The translations under genes were made by a program, and so were the position numbers. The notes beneath the pieces were generated by a model. It worked only from the letters and a program-made list of their open reading frames with translations. It did not search any database and was not told the origin of the DNA. A stretch of 64,000 bases of DNA, taken from NCBI GenBank assembly GCA_035489575.1, contig DATHJY010000013.1, positions 219,346 to 283,345 on the forward strand, in the 5' to 3' direction. The number at the start of each line of letters is the position of its first letter. Within the stretch, counting starts at the first letter, position 1. The DNA is from Verrucomicrobiia bacterium. GTDB lineage: Bacteria > Patescibacteriota > Saccharimonadia > Saccharimonadales > JAGQNK01. Below are positions 25,984 to 35,566 of the stretch, one piece after another.

Positions 25984-26928
25984 TTATTTCGAAGTCTTGA
26001 ACTTCAGATAGCGCCGCGTAGCAATAACTGATGAAGCGGCACCGATAAGTATACCAATGCCAAGCTGTAGGGTCAAAATGATCCAGAACCTGTCGGCAAA
26101 GTAGTCGCTCGCATACCTGATATCTAATACGCCCAAAGAGCTAGCTTCGAATGCCGACGACGAGATGACAAATATGGAGTTACAAATAACTACAGATATG
26201 ATTGCCGAGAAAATACCATACAACACGGTCTCTACCACAAATGGGCCACGTATAAACCAAGTGCTAGCACCAAGCAGACGCATAATCTGCAGTTCGTCGC
26301 GGCGGTTAAAGATAGCCATGCGTATTGTATTAAAGATAATCAGAATGGACACCACCGTAAAGACAATGATGCTGGCAACACCCGCTTGTCGCAAGAACCG
26401 TGTAGCGCTGGATATTTTGTCTATAGCCTCCTTGCGGTCGCCCGAATAAGATGTTTCGTCCGATTGCAGCTCTTTTATATCTGGCTTTTCCAGGTATGTC
26501 TTGATGTCTTCTATCTTGTTGGGGTCTCTCGGTTTGACCTGTAGGCTAGCTGGCAGCGGGTTGTCGGTCTGAGAGATTGCTAGTAGCAAATCTATATTCT
26601 CTTTGTTGGCCGCCTTGTAGACTTCCAGTGCCTGTTCTTTTGAAACGTAGGTAACTTCACGGACGTTCTGGAAAGCCTTGATGTCACTGATCAGCTTGTT
26701 GCGCTGATCGGCCGTAACAGAGTCTTTCAGATATACAGATATGTCTATTTTGTCGGTGATTTGCTGGATGGTATTGCTGAAAGTAGCGTTGGCAATGATC
26801 GAAAATAAAATAATAGTCAGCGTAATGACCATGACCGCCATAGCGGCAATAGCAAGTGTGGCATTGCGTACAAAGTTCTGCAAACCGGCCTTGATGATAC
26901 GGAACTGAGTGAACATCCAGTGGTTCAT
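25984..26928 (-). CDS. ftsX: Cell division permease-like protein FtsX
   Basis: 314 aa with 4 TM helices and a large first extracellular loop. The RNATLAIAAMAVMVITL start and its position after ftsE support the call. Confidence 0.9.
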   Translation of the reverse strand: MNHWMFTQFRIIKAGLQNFVRNATLAIAAMAVMVITLTIILFSIIANATFSNTIQQITDKIDISVYLKDSVTADQRNKLISDIKAFQNVREVTYVSKEQALEVYKAANKENIDLLLAISQTDNPLPASLQVKPRDPNKIEDIKTYLEKPDIKELQSDETSYSGDRKEAIDKISSATRFLRQAGVASIIVFTVVSILIIFNTIRMAIFNRRDELQIMRLLGASTWFIRGPFVVETVLYGIFSAIISVVICNSIFVISSSAFEASSLGVLDIRYASDYFADRFWIILTLQLGIGILIGAASSVIATRRYLKFKTSK

Positions 26929-26941
26929 TTCTACCCTACCC

Positions 26942-27634
26942 TCACTGTGTCAATCCTTTGTTGTACTCGGCGTTAGCACGGTCGCTGACAATACGACCGT
27001 CTTTTATAGTCACCACACGACGCTTGAGTTTGTTCACGATATCTTGGTTGTGGGTGGTCAGCAGCACGGTCGTGCCGTAACGGTTAATCTTTTCCAGGAC
27101 TTTTATAACGTCCCAGGCGTGCTTGGGGTCGAGGTTGCCAGTAGGCTCGTCTGCAATCAGAATCTTGGGTTGCCGGACAATGGCCCGCGCGATAGCAACA
27201 CGCTGGCGCTCACCACCCGAAAGTTCGGCTGGCATACGCTGCTCTTTGCCCTTTAAGCCCACAATATCTAGCACTCTGGGTACAGTGTGGTTTATCTCTT
27301 TGTTACCAAAGCCTACTATTTCTAGTGCAAAGGCCACGTTCTCGAATACGGTCTTATTTGGCAGTAGCTTGAAGTCCTGAAACACCACGCCAATCTTGCG
27401 GCGCAGCAATGGTATGTCTCTGTCTTTGAGCTTGTCGTAATCCAGCCCACCGATGACAATCTTGCCACTGGTTGGTTTTTCTTCTCTGGTCAGGAGCTTG
27501 AGAAGTGTAGACTTCCCCGCTCCCGAGGTCCCAATAATAATAACGAACTCTTTAGGCTCGACATGCAGCGAGATACGGTCGAGTGCGGTGTTACTACGGT
27601 TATATACCTTGGTTACCCTATCAAGAAGAATCAT
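26942..27634 (-). CDS. ftsE: Cell division ATP-binding protein FtsE
   Basis: 230 aa. Walker A GTSGAGKST, ABC signature LSGGERQRVAIARA, and Walker B ILIADEPTGNLD. Confidence 0.95.
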   Translation of the reverse strand: MILLDRVTKVYNRSNTALDRISLHVEPKEFVIIIGTSGAGKSTLLKLLTREEKPTSGKIVIGGLDYDKLKDRDIPLLRRKIGVVFQDFKLLPNKTVFENVAFALEIVGFGNKEINHTVPRVLDIVGLKGKEQRMPAELSGGERQRVAIARAIVRQPKILIADEPTGNLDPKHAWDVIKVLEKINRYGTTVLLTTHNQDIVNKLKRRVVTIKDGRIVSDRANAEYNKGLTQ

Positions 27635-27763
27635 TTGCTTACACAGTATAACAGACAGAGCTATGGCTTTGTACCTGCTTGTGCTTTTTATATTTTCGTT
27701 CTATAATATGTTCGTCGATTTCTCAACCGAGAGTCGTTCCTGAGGTGATCGAAAGGTAGCACC

Positions 27764-27961
27764 ATGGGTGTTTTGTTGTTTTTGGCAATCTTCGCCTTGA
27801 TGTGGTTCTGCGTCGCGAAGGCCGTCAACGAGCTGGGCGTGTGGGACATTCCCGGTCTCTCCAAGGAGGCGACCACCATCGAAGCCAGCAAGTCAGTGAC
27901 CCTGAAGTACGCGGCGGGCGCCGTCGCCTGCTTCATCGTGGTCCTCATCATGCTGGCGTAG
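27764..27961 (+). CDS. Small two-helix membrane protein with high-GC3 codon usage (hypothetical)
   Basis: 65 aa. MGVLLFLAIFALMWFCVAKAV and AAGAVACFIVVLIMLA flank a polar loop. In this frame the third codon positions are overwhelmingly G or C, which supports the plus strand over the overlapping 110-aa minus-strand ORF. Confidence 0.45.
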   Translation: MGVLLFLAIFALMWFCVAKAVNELGVWDIPGLSKEATTIEASKSVTLKYAAGAVACFIVVLIMLA

Positions 27962-28080
27962 ACACCGCCCGCTCTCGCCACAACCCCGTGTAGTACCCAG
28001 AACAACCAGGGTGCCGTCAAGGTAAAGAGGTGGTCTCTTAACCGAACCAGCCCTTTTCGGCACTAAAAAGCCTCAGGATC

Positions 28081-28155
28081 AGCGATGCATTTGTATATGG
28101 ACGGTCGGCTAGACCACCCCACTCCCCTCTATACAGGTATATGCATCGCTTTTTC
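28081..28155. terminator. Long imperfect hairpin plus T-run between the convergent small gene and prfB
   Basis: agcgatgcat (28081-28090) pairs perfectly with atgcatcgct (28141-28150). An inner stem pairs tgtata (28092-28097) with tataca (28130-28135). A ttttc run follows. The ~30-nt apical loop is atypical for an intrinsic terminator. Confidence 0.3.
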
Positions 28156-28156
28156 T

Positions 28157-29251
28157 TTATGAAGATTTAGCACCTAGTTGGTGTTCGAGGTAGGTGTCGA
28201 TGAACGAGTCTAGCTTACCATCCAGCACTGCGTCCGGATCGCTGGTCTCGTGCCGAGTCCGCAAGTCTTTTACTTGTTTGTACGGGTGCAATACGTAGCT
28301 TCGGATCTGGTTACCCCACTCGGCTGACTGGTTAGGACCTTTTAATTCACTCAGCTTTTCGGCGTGTTGCTCCATTTTCAGGTGTGCCAAGCGCGAACGT
28401 AAGATTGTCATAGCCGTCTCTTTGTTCTGCAACTGAGAACGTTCGTTTTGGATCACCACTACAATGTTCGTCGGTATGTGAGTAATGCGCACCGCCGAAT
28501 CAGTGGTGTTAACGCTCTGGCCACCGTGACCACCGCTGCGAAAAACGTCTATTTTTAGCTCTTTCTCATCTATGTGAACATCGTCGGGTCGGTCTATTTC
28601 CGGCAGTATTTCCACTTTGGCAAAACTAGTCTGTCGCAAGTTGTCTGCGTTAAAGGGGCTCAGGCGCACCAGACGGTGCACGCCGTGCTCTCCTTTGAGC
28701 CGTCCATACACAAAGTCACCGGTGATTTCCAGGGTAGTACTTTTTATACCTGCTTCGTCACCAGCCGACTCATCAATAACTTGGACCCCATAGTCATGCC
28801 CCTCGGCCCACCGAACATACATGCGCAGCAACATCTGCGCCCAATCTTGGGCGTCGGTACCGCCTGCCCCGGCATGAATACTCAGCAGTGCATTATTGCC
28901 ATCAAACACTCCCGAAAATCTAAGCTGCTTTTTCAGTGCGCCAAAAGTACGCCCCGCCTCTTCAAATTGTTTCTGGATATCCGGTGTTAAGCTTTCGTCT
29001 TTTAGGTTCAGCAAATCAACCAAGTCATCTACTAGTTGGCGCAGTTCAAGCCATGGCTTGGTACGATTCTCTAACCCAGCAATCTGCTTCATGATATCTT
29101 GCGCCTGCGCACTGTCTGCCCAGAAGTCAGGAGTGCTAGCCCTTTCCTGAAGCTTGGCGAGTTCGACAGCTTGTTCAGAGATACGAAGCTTCTGACAGGC
29201 AGTACGAATGTCTGCCTGTAATTCTTTGGAGTGCTTTAGTAACTGCTCCAT
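28157..29251 (-). CDS. prfB: Peptide chain release factor 2 (uninterrupted, no programmed frameshift)
   Basis: 364 aa. It has the RF2 tripeptide SPF (RLVRLSPFNADN) and the GGQ motif ([20 protein letters not shown]). The ORF is continuous from its N-terminal Met. Confidence 0.95.
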   Translation of the reverse strand: MEQLLKHSKELQADIRTACQKLRISEQAVELAKLQERASTPDFWADSAQAQDIMKQIAGLENRTKPWLELRQLVDDLVDLLNLKDESLTPDIQKQFEEAGRTFGALKKQLRFSGVFDGNNALLSIHAGAGGTDAQDWAQMLLRMYVRWAEGHDYGVQVIDESAGDEAGIKSTTLEITGDFVYGRLKGEHGVHRLVRLSPFNADNLRQTSFAKVEILPEIDRPDDVHIDEKELKIDVFRSGGHGGQSVNTTDSAVRITHIPTNIVVVIQNERSQLQNKETAMTILRSRLAHLKMEQHAEKLSELKGPNQSAEWGNQIRSYVLHPYKQVKDLRTRHETSDPDAVLDGKLDSFIDTYLEHQLGAKSS

Positions 29252-29261
29252 GGCAGAAGCA

Positions 29262-30566
29262 TTACACTTTTACTTTCGGCTGCTGCCACAACGGGCGTAC
29301 CTGCTGCTGCAGTGTCTGCGCAAAATCTTCGCCGCAACTGCCGAGCGCGCCCATACCCCATACTTTTTCGTCAAACATCTGACGCGAAACCTGTACTATG
29401 CGTTCTTTGGTAACAGCTTCTATGCGTTCTGGTATTTTGTAGTAATCGTCTACGGCTTCATCGAAGAAGTAACGCCCGCTGTAACCACCAGCGGTACCCC
29501 CAACAGTCTGGCCGCTTCGTTGGTAGCGTCCAAGAGCATATTGCTTGGCGCTCGTAACGTCTTTGTCGGCGACCTGTGCCTCAAACACTAACTGCAGTTC
29601 ACGCTCGATGATATCAAATAGGGCTGTAGCGTTCTTGGGCATAACCTGCGCGCCAAACCACCAGTTGCTGCTGTCTTTTGTTTGGCCGAATCCCGAACTC
29701 ATGCCGTACACCAAACCTCGCTCTCGGGCCGTGCCTAAGATTCTCGAATACAGTGTCTCGGTCAGCATCATGTTGATAAGGCTCAGTGCATCTACCTCGG
29801 TCTCTTCCATCCGTCGCTGCATAAAGGTGTCTACATAGAAATAGACATTTTCGACAGTATCATTATGAATATACAACGGCTTTTTGAGGGTTACAGGCTG
29901 TTCGTGCGGCAGCTCAAGTCGGGCATCTCCCAGGGGCAGTTCAACATTTTCTAGAAGCGTCTGCAAGAGCTTGCGTCGGTCTGGCGGCAGGTTGCCTGCT
30001 ATCACAAAGCGCAGATTCTTGGAAGTGTGCGTGTTGTAGTAGTGGCGACGAATATCATCAATCTTGACATTTTCCATGAGCTGCAGGCGCTGTTGGTCGG
30101 TCATAACCTTAAAGCCATAGGCCTGCCGAAGCCCGAGACTGAGGTGTCGGAAGTGGTTGTTTGATCGGGCCGTCAGCTCCTCGCGTACATTACCAAACTC
30201 AGCTTCGAACTCTTCCTCTAGGAATAGTGGTTTGGTAATCGCAATCAGCAGCAAATCGACAATCCGATCCCACTCAAAGTCTGCACATTCGGCCTCGTAG
30301 GTTATGTCATAGCTACCGGTACTGGCATTGTTGTAGGCACCATTTTTCTCGAACTCTGCCTGGAACAAACGTGATTTTGGAAGCAGTTCATTTGCGCCCA
30401 GCAGTACATGCTCCATGAGGTGAGGCGTTTCCCACTTTTCCTTTTTTACCAGGTATTCACCAGCCCTGAAATTTAACTCGAAGGACATCACACTGGCATC
30501 TGGACAATGGATAAATAAGCCCTTAATGCCATTTAGTAGACTTATCTCATGTACGGTGTGCTTCAA
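29262..30566 (-). CDS. M16 (pitrilysin/insulinase) family zinc peptidase
   Basis: 434 aa with the inverted zinc motif HxxEH in TPHLMEHVLLG. It is packed between secA (2-nt gap) and prfB (10-nt gap). Confidence 0.85.
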   Translation of the reverse strand: MKHTVHEISLLNGIKGLFIHCPDASVMSFELNFRAGEYLVKKEKWETPHLMEHVLLGANELLPKSRLFQAEFEKNGAYNNASTGSYDITYEAECADFEWDRIVDLLLIAITKPLFLEEEFEAEFGNVREELTARSNNHFRHLSLGLRQAYGFKVMTDQQRLQLMENVKIDDIRRHYYNTHTSKNLRFVIAGNLPPDRRKLLQTLLENVELPLGDARLELPHEQPVTLKKPLYIHNDTVENVYFYVDTFMQRRMEETEVDALSLINMMLTETLYSRILGTARERGLVYGMSSGFGQTKDSSNWWFGAQVMPKNATALFDIIERELQLVFEAQVADKDVTSAKQYALGRYQRSGQTVGGTAGGYSGRYFFDEAVDDYYKIPERIEAVTKERIVQVSRQMFDEKVWGMGALGSCGEDFAQTLQQQVRPLWQQPKVKV

Positions 30567-30568
30567 TT

Positions 30569-33169
30569 CTATTTACGCTTTCGGCTTTTAGCTTTTGTTT
30601 TACGCTGTCGTTCGGCCTTTCGGGCCTTTTTGCGTTTCACGGTGGTTTGTTTCTGAGCTTCTAGCTCGGCTTTGTGCGGGACAAAGTCAGCCTCTACGTA
30701 TTCTTCGGCCTTTAGGATTTTGTCGGCATTATCAACCGATCCGCGGGCTGCTTTGGTGAGCTCGGTCTCGATAGCCCTGTCTAGTTCGGCTGGTTCGGCA
30801 TGGAACAAGGCCCTGAGGACATCATGACGCAGGGTCTGTTGCATTTCTTCGAACATGCGCTGAGCCTGACGACGATACTCCACCAACGGGTCACGCTGTC
30901 CCACACTGATCCAGTGAATTCCCTCACGCAAGTGGTCCATGCTTTCGAGGTGCTGCATCCATAGGTTATCCAGTACTTGTAGATAGATGTCACGCTCAAC
31001 CTTGCGCATGATCTCGTCGGTAAATGCAGTCTCGCGTCCTTCGTACAGTTCGAGTGCTTTTGCCTGCAGCACCTTGCCAAACTGGTCAGATGGCGCGTCA
31101 AACAGTGTGTCTAGCGTCTTCTCGTCGAGTGGGAATACCTCGGTAACAAGCGTCTCGAAGGTATCACTCAGCAGCATAGGTGAACCCGCCAAAGCCTTGG
31201 CCTCTTCCTCTATGAACACCCTGATACGCTTCTTGACGTCGGCTTGCTTTAGGATCTCCCGGCGCATGATATAGGTAGCTTTGCGGTGACGGTTCATGAC
31301 ATCGTCGTACTGCACCACATTTTTGCGGGCGTCGAAGTTGTACCCCTCTACCTTCTTCTGGGCTCCTTCAAGACTCTTGCTGATCACCCTGTTTTCTATA
31401 GGTGTCTCGTCGTCGACTCCCAGCCGATTCATGATGCCAGCAATGCGCTCACCACCAAAGATACGCATGAGGTCGTCCTCTGTACTCACAAAAAATTGGC
31501 TCGCTCCCGGATCACCCTGGCGCCCGGCTCGGCCACGTAGCTGGTTATCGACACGGCGGGACTCGTTACGCTCGGTACCAATTACGAACAGTCCACCAAG
31601 GTCTTTTACACCCTCGCCCAGAACAATGTCAGTACCACGTCCAGCAATGTTGGTTGCCAATGTAACGGCGCCCTTCTGGCCGGCCTTTGCAACAATAGCA
31701 GCTTCGCGCTCGTTGTTCTTGGCGTTCAGCATCTGGTGCGGAATCTTAGCTTTGGTTAGCGCCTGCTCGAGGGCTTCGTTCTTTTCGATGGTGGCAGTAC
31801 CAACTAAGACGGGTTGTCCTTTTTCGTGTAGTTCTGCAATGTGACCTACGATAGCGCTGAACTTGCCAGCTTCTGATCGGTAAATACGATCAATAAGATC
31901 CTTGCGTACCACTGGCTGGTTAGACGGTATCTCTACTACATCAAGCTTGTAGATCTGATGAAACTCTTCTGCTTCTGTTAGGGCTGTACCGGTCATGCCA
32001 GACAGTTTTTCATATAGACGGAAATAGTTCTGGAAAGAAATAGTAGCAAGTGTCATGGACTCTTCCTGTACTTCTACGCCCTCCTTGGCTTCGATTGCCT
32101 GGTGCAGCCCTTCGTTATATCGACGTCCTTTTAGCAGACGACCAGTGAACTCGTCGACGATAACTACTTCGCCGTCGCTCGATACCACGTAATCTTTGTC
32201 ACGCTTAAAGAGCGCTTGGGCTCGCAGCGCCTGGTCTAGGTGATAAATTGTACGAATGTTGTCAGTACCGTAAAGATTTTTGACACCTAAGATTTTCTCT
32301 ACGTGGTCGATTCCCTCGTCGGTTAATGCCAGCTGTTTGTGCTTTTCGTCAACTTCGTAATCTTCGTCACGCTTGAGCTGACGAACAACTTTAGAGAACT
32401 GCGCATAAGAACTACCGCTGGTTACAGATGGAGCAGATATGATCAGTGGCGTACGAGCCTCATCAATAAGGATCGAATCTGCCTCGTCAACGATTGCAAA
32501 ATGAAGGTCACGTTGGCGCAGCTGGTCGACTTCGCGGACCATGTTGTCACGCAGATAATCAAATCCATATTCGTTATTGGTACCGTACGTGATGTCGGCG
32601 GCGTAAGCCTCCTGACGCGTGCATGGCTTGAGGTGGCGGAAGCGTTCGTCGTCATGCTCGTTATCAGTAAAGTTGGGGTCATATATGTAGGACTGGTCAG
32701 GGATAATGACGCCGACGCTCATGCCCAGAAAACCATAGACTGGGCCCATCCATCCTGCACCTATTCGGGCTAGATAGTCGTTAACGGTTACAAGGTGAGC
32801 GCCCTTACCCGCCAGGGCATTTAAATATAATGGCAGGGTCGCGACAAGCGTCTTGCCCTCACCTGTCTTCATTTCCGCAATACTGCCTTCGTGCAGCGCC
32901 ATGCCACCAATCAGCTGCACATCAAAATGACGCTGACCGAGCGTACGGCCAGCTGCCTCGCGGACAGCCGCAAAGGCTTCTGGTAATAATTTGTCGAGCG
33001 ATTCCTTGGCGAGTCGCTTTTTATACTTATCGGTTTGCGCCTTTAGCTGAGCATCCGACATTTTTTTGTACGTGTCAGTCAACGCGTTTATTTCGTGGAC
33101 GCGCTTCTTTAACCGCTTCAGTGTTCGCACTTGTGGGTCACCAAGAACCCGCTTGAGGACTTTCTTCAC
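30569..33169 (-). CDS. secA: Preprotein translocase ATPase SecA (basic C-terminal tail, no zinc-finger motif)
   Basis: 866 aa. MKTGEGKTLVATLP (Walker A), DEADSILIDEARTPLIIS (DEAD), and TNIAGRGTDI. The C-terminus is KRKKARKAERQRKTKAKSRKRK, with none of the Cys/His residues of the usual SecB-binding zinc site. Confidence 0.97.
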   Translation of the reverse strand: MKKVLKRVLGDPQVRTLKRLKKRVHEINALTDTYKKMSDAQLKAQTDKYKKRLAKESLDKLLPEAFAAVREAAGRTLGQRHFDVQLIGGMALHEGSIAEMKTGEGKTLVATLPLYLNALAGKGAHLVTVNDYLARIGAGWMGPVYGFLGMSVGVIIPDQSYIYDPNFTDNEHDDERFRHLKPCTRQEAYAADITYGTNNEYGFDYLRDNMVREVDQLRQRDLHFAIVDEADSILIDEARTPLIISAPSVTSGSSYAQFSKVVRQLKRDEDYEVDEKHKQLALTDEGIDHVEKILGVKNLYGTDNIRTIYHLDQALRAQALFKRDKDYVVSSDGEVVIVDEFTGRLLKGRRYNEGLHQAIEAKEGVEVQEESMTLATISFQNYFRLYEKLSGMTGTALTEAEEFHQIYKLDVVEIPSNQPVVRKDLIDRIYRSEAGKFSAIVGHIAELHEKGQPVLVGTATIEKNEALEQALTKAKIPHQMLNAKNNEREAAIVAKAGQKGAVTLATNIAGRGTDIVLGEGVKDLGGLFVIGTERNESRRVDNQLRGRAGRQGDPGASQFFVSTEDDLMRIFGGERIAGIMNRLGVDDETPIENRVISKSLEGAQKKVEGYNFDARKNVVQYDDVMNRHRKATYIMRREILKQADVKKRIRVFIEEEAKALAGSPMLLSDTFETLVTEVFPLDEKTLDTLFDAPSDQFGKVLQAKALELYEGRETAFTDEIMRKVERDIYLQVLDNLWMQHLESMDHLREGIHWISVGQRDPLVEYRRQAQRMFEEMQQTLRHDVLRALFHAEPAELDRAIETELTKAARGSVDNADKILKAEEYVEADFVPHKAELEAQKQTTVKRKKARKAERQRKTKAKSRKRK

Positions 33170-33329
33170 TTAAACCTCCCTCTCTGATTTTCGGCCGTTG
33201 CAGGATGAATCCATCTCATGTTTTCTACAGCCTCGTGCCACCGTTGAACAGAGCAAGACAAAAAATGGATTCAATGGCACTATTGTACAGCACAAGGGGT
33301 GGCTCATGCCATGTCTTTTTATGCGTATT

Positions 33330-33701
33330 CTAAAGTGAATTCTGGGGTGCCCGACGCAGCCTTGCAAGGACGCGCCTGTGGATGCGTAAATTACTTCGGG
33401 TTTCTTTGTATTTTTTGAGCTGATTCTTCAATTTGGCCTCTACGATATCAACTGCCGCAAAAATGTTCATGGTTGTTTCTTTTGTGGCCAGCGTATCTTT
33501 AGGCAGGTGCAGCACCACTTCGCAGGTCAGCTCTTTTTTGGTCTTGATCTTGGCCTCTTTTAGAAACACTTCTGCGTGTGCGCTTTCTCGGACATGACGC
33601 GACATATAGTGGTCAAGTTTACCGATTTTCTTGGTGACATAGTCGTGCAGTTTCTTGTCCACGTCCATATGAACGCCGGTAATTTCGAGCTTCTGAATCA
33701 T
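33330..33701 (-). CDS. hpf: Ribosome hibernation promoting factor (short HPF/RaiA type)
   Basis: 123 aa. ITGVHMDVDKKLHDYVTKKIGKLDHY...NIFAAVDIVEAKLKNQLKKYKE is the sigma-54 modulation/S30EA family pattern. Confidence 0.9.
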   Translation of the reverse strand: MIQKLEITGVHMDVDKKLHDYVTKKIGKLDHYMSRHVRESAHAEVFLKEAKIKTKKELTCEVVLHLPKDTLATKETTMNIFAAVDIVEAKLKNQLKKYKETRSNLRIHRRVLARLRRAPQNSL

Positions 33702-33739
33702 GTCGCCTCCTCACTTTTTTGAATGTTCTTCAGGGGAAC

Positions 33740-35035
33740 CTAGATAACCTCTCTTCCGCCCATGTAAGGCCTAAGTACCTCTGGTACTAGTATACTCCCA
33801 TCTTGCTGCTGGTTATTTTCGAGAATGGCAATAAGCGGCCGCTGCGAGAATACGGTTGCATCATTGGTGTGGACTAGTTCCACTGTGCCATCTTGACGAC
33901 GGACTCGTGTCTTCATGGCCCTTGCCTGATAGTCGGTTATATAGTCGGCTGTGTGAGTTTCGCGGTATGCGTTTTGGCCAGGTAGCCAGGCCTCGATATC
34001 TACACCCTTGGCATTCGGACGACCGATATCGGCAGTACACTTCTCTAGCACGTGATACGGCAGCCCCAACTGCGCCATAAGATATTCCTGGATAGCCACC
34101 ATAAACAAATGTTCATCCAGTGATGTCTCGGCCGTGGTGAAGCTCTCCATCTCTAGCTTATTGAATTGGTGTAGCCTGAAGATGCCTTCCGTATCTTTGC
34201 CATACGTGCCAGATTCCCTACGGAAAGCGGTCGTATACCCAACATATCGAATAGGCAGCTCTGCTTCAAGCAAAACCTCGTTTAGGTACATGGGCGAGAT
34301 AGTATGTTCAGCGCTTGCATTGAGCCACAGATCTTCGTCTTCTATTTTGTATGTCTGCTCTTCTCGGTTGAGCCGTCCCGTAGCCTCAAACACCGACTTC
34401 TTGGCAACTGCCGGGGGCAAAACTGGGATAAATGGTTTGGTGCTAACAGTGAGGTCATTGTCTTTTGCTATCTGCTGCAAGATCTCTTCGTTGCCTAGCA
34501 CATCCATACCAAATTGCCATAGGGCAAACTCTAATCGCACCAGGTCACCTTTGGTATACACAAAACGGGCCCCAGCAATCTTTGCAGCTCTTTCTTTATC
34601 GAGCCACCCCTTGGCTTCGGCGATTTGTGCATGGTTTTTTGGCTCAAATTCAAAGTGAGGTGGTTCACCTACAACCTTAGTTACTACATTTTCTTCTTCT
34701 GTAGCTCCAACCGGTACAGTATCGAGTGGCATATTTGGCACCGCTTTAAGCAGTACAAAAAACTCTTCTTCTACGGCATGTAGCTGATGCTCTAGGTCGG
34801 TTAGTTGGTCCCTCACGGCCTTGCCTTCGGCAATCTGCGTATCGGATGGACGCTGACCTTTTGTACTTTCCGACAGCTCATTGCGACGATGGCGAAGATC
34901 TTCTACTTGCTGCAGTAGTTCTCTGCGGCTCTTATCAAACCCCAGCAGTTGCTGGACGTCGATGTCATAGCCTTTTTGCTTGGACTTCTCTTGGACAAGT
35001 TCAGCATTGTCCCGGATAAACTGTATATCTAGCAT
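33740..35035 (-). CDS. serS: Serine--tRNA ligase
   Basis: The start MLDIQFIRDNAELV is the canonical SerRS N-terminus (ATG at 35035). It has a coiled-coil arm and the class II motifs FRRESGTYGKDTEGIFRLHQF and TLNATA-like NDATVFSQRPLIAILEN. The track ORF has 31 extra upstream codons. Confidence 0.95.
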   Translation of the reverse strand: MLDIQFIRDNAELVQEKSKQKGYDIDVQQLLGFDKSRRELLQQVEDLRHRRNELSESTKGQRPSDTQIAEGKAVRDQLTDLEHQLHAVEEEFFVLLKAVPNMPLDTVPVGATEEENVVTKVVGEPPHFEFEPKNHAQIAEAKGWLDKERAAKIAGARFVYTKGDLVRLEFALWQFGMDVLGNEEILQQIAKDNDLTVSTKPFIPVLPPAVAKKSVFEATGRLNREEQTYKIEDEDLWLNASAEHTISPMYLNEVLLEAELPIRYVGYTTAFRRESGTYGKDTEGIFRLHQFNKLEMESFTTAETSLDEHLFMVAIQEYLMAQLGLPYHVLEKCTADIGRPNAKGVDIEAWLPGQNAYRETHTADYITDYQARAMKTRVRRQDGTVELVHTNDATVFSQRPLIAILENNQQQDGSILVPEVLRPYMGGREVI

Positions 35036-35151
35036 GTCGCCTATTATATAGGACTTTCGCATTTTCCTATTGATGCCAGCTTGCAATCTGAGTACACGTA
35101 GCCCACCCCAAAGCTCACTCTTATCCATGTTTTATTTCTGTTTATGGTTTA

Positions 35152-35553
35152 ATGGAGAGGTATCTTATGAACCCTAATGAACCACAAAACCAGCAGGCTC
35201 CGCAGACGCCGCCGGCCGCAATTCCTGTCCACGACGCTCCTGCGCCAGAGCCTATTCAGCCCCGGCCACTTCTATCAAACCCGCCAACAGAAGCGCTTGT
35301 TCCCTCTGTACCCCCAGCCAATCCAACGCCAGTTGTTACCCCGCAACCAGCCGCACCACCTCCGATAAATGCAGTGTATTCAATGGGCTCGATAGAGGCG
35401 AAGCAGGCCAATCATCGCACTCGTCAGTTAATAGCACTTGCAGTAATCACCGTTGCTCTGGCGCTTATTGGAGGCGGTGTCATTTTGATGCTCCAAATGA
35501 ATAATCATTCCCCAGAAAATCACACCCCCACCCAGCACGAAGCAATGCCCTGA
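35152..35553 (+). CDS. Pro-rich, C-terminally anchored small membrane protein (hypothetical)
   Basis: 133 aa with a low-complexity PQ/PA-rich N-terminal 75 aa and one TM helix (LIALAVITVALALIGGGVILML). It is divergent from serS. Confidence 0.4.
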   Translation: MERYLMNPNEPQNQQAPQTPPAAIPVHDAPAPEPIQPRPLLSNPPTEALVPSVPPANPTPVVTPQPAAPPPINAVYSMGSIEAKQANHRTRQLIALAVITVALALIGGGVILMLQMNNHSPENHTPTQHEAMP

Positions 35554-35566
35554 CCCGTTACCGGGA

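Noticed and set aside
27688-28020. A 110-aa minus-strand ORF overlapping the small high-GC region.
   Set aside because: The G/C-at-third-position periodicity fits the plus-strand 65-aa frame, which also gives two clean hydrophobic helices. The minus-strand product is low-complexity and has no start context.
33170-33367. A 65-aa minus-strand ORF in the hpf-secA spacer.
   Set aside because: It overlaps the 3' end of hpf, has Cys/His/Arg-rich random composition, and lies in what is more likely the secA promoter/leader, which ends in a gggaggt RBS.
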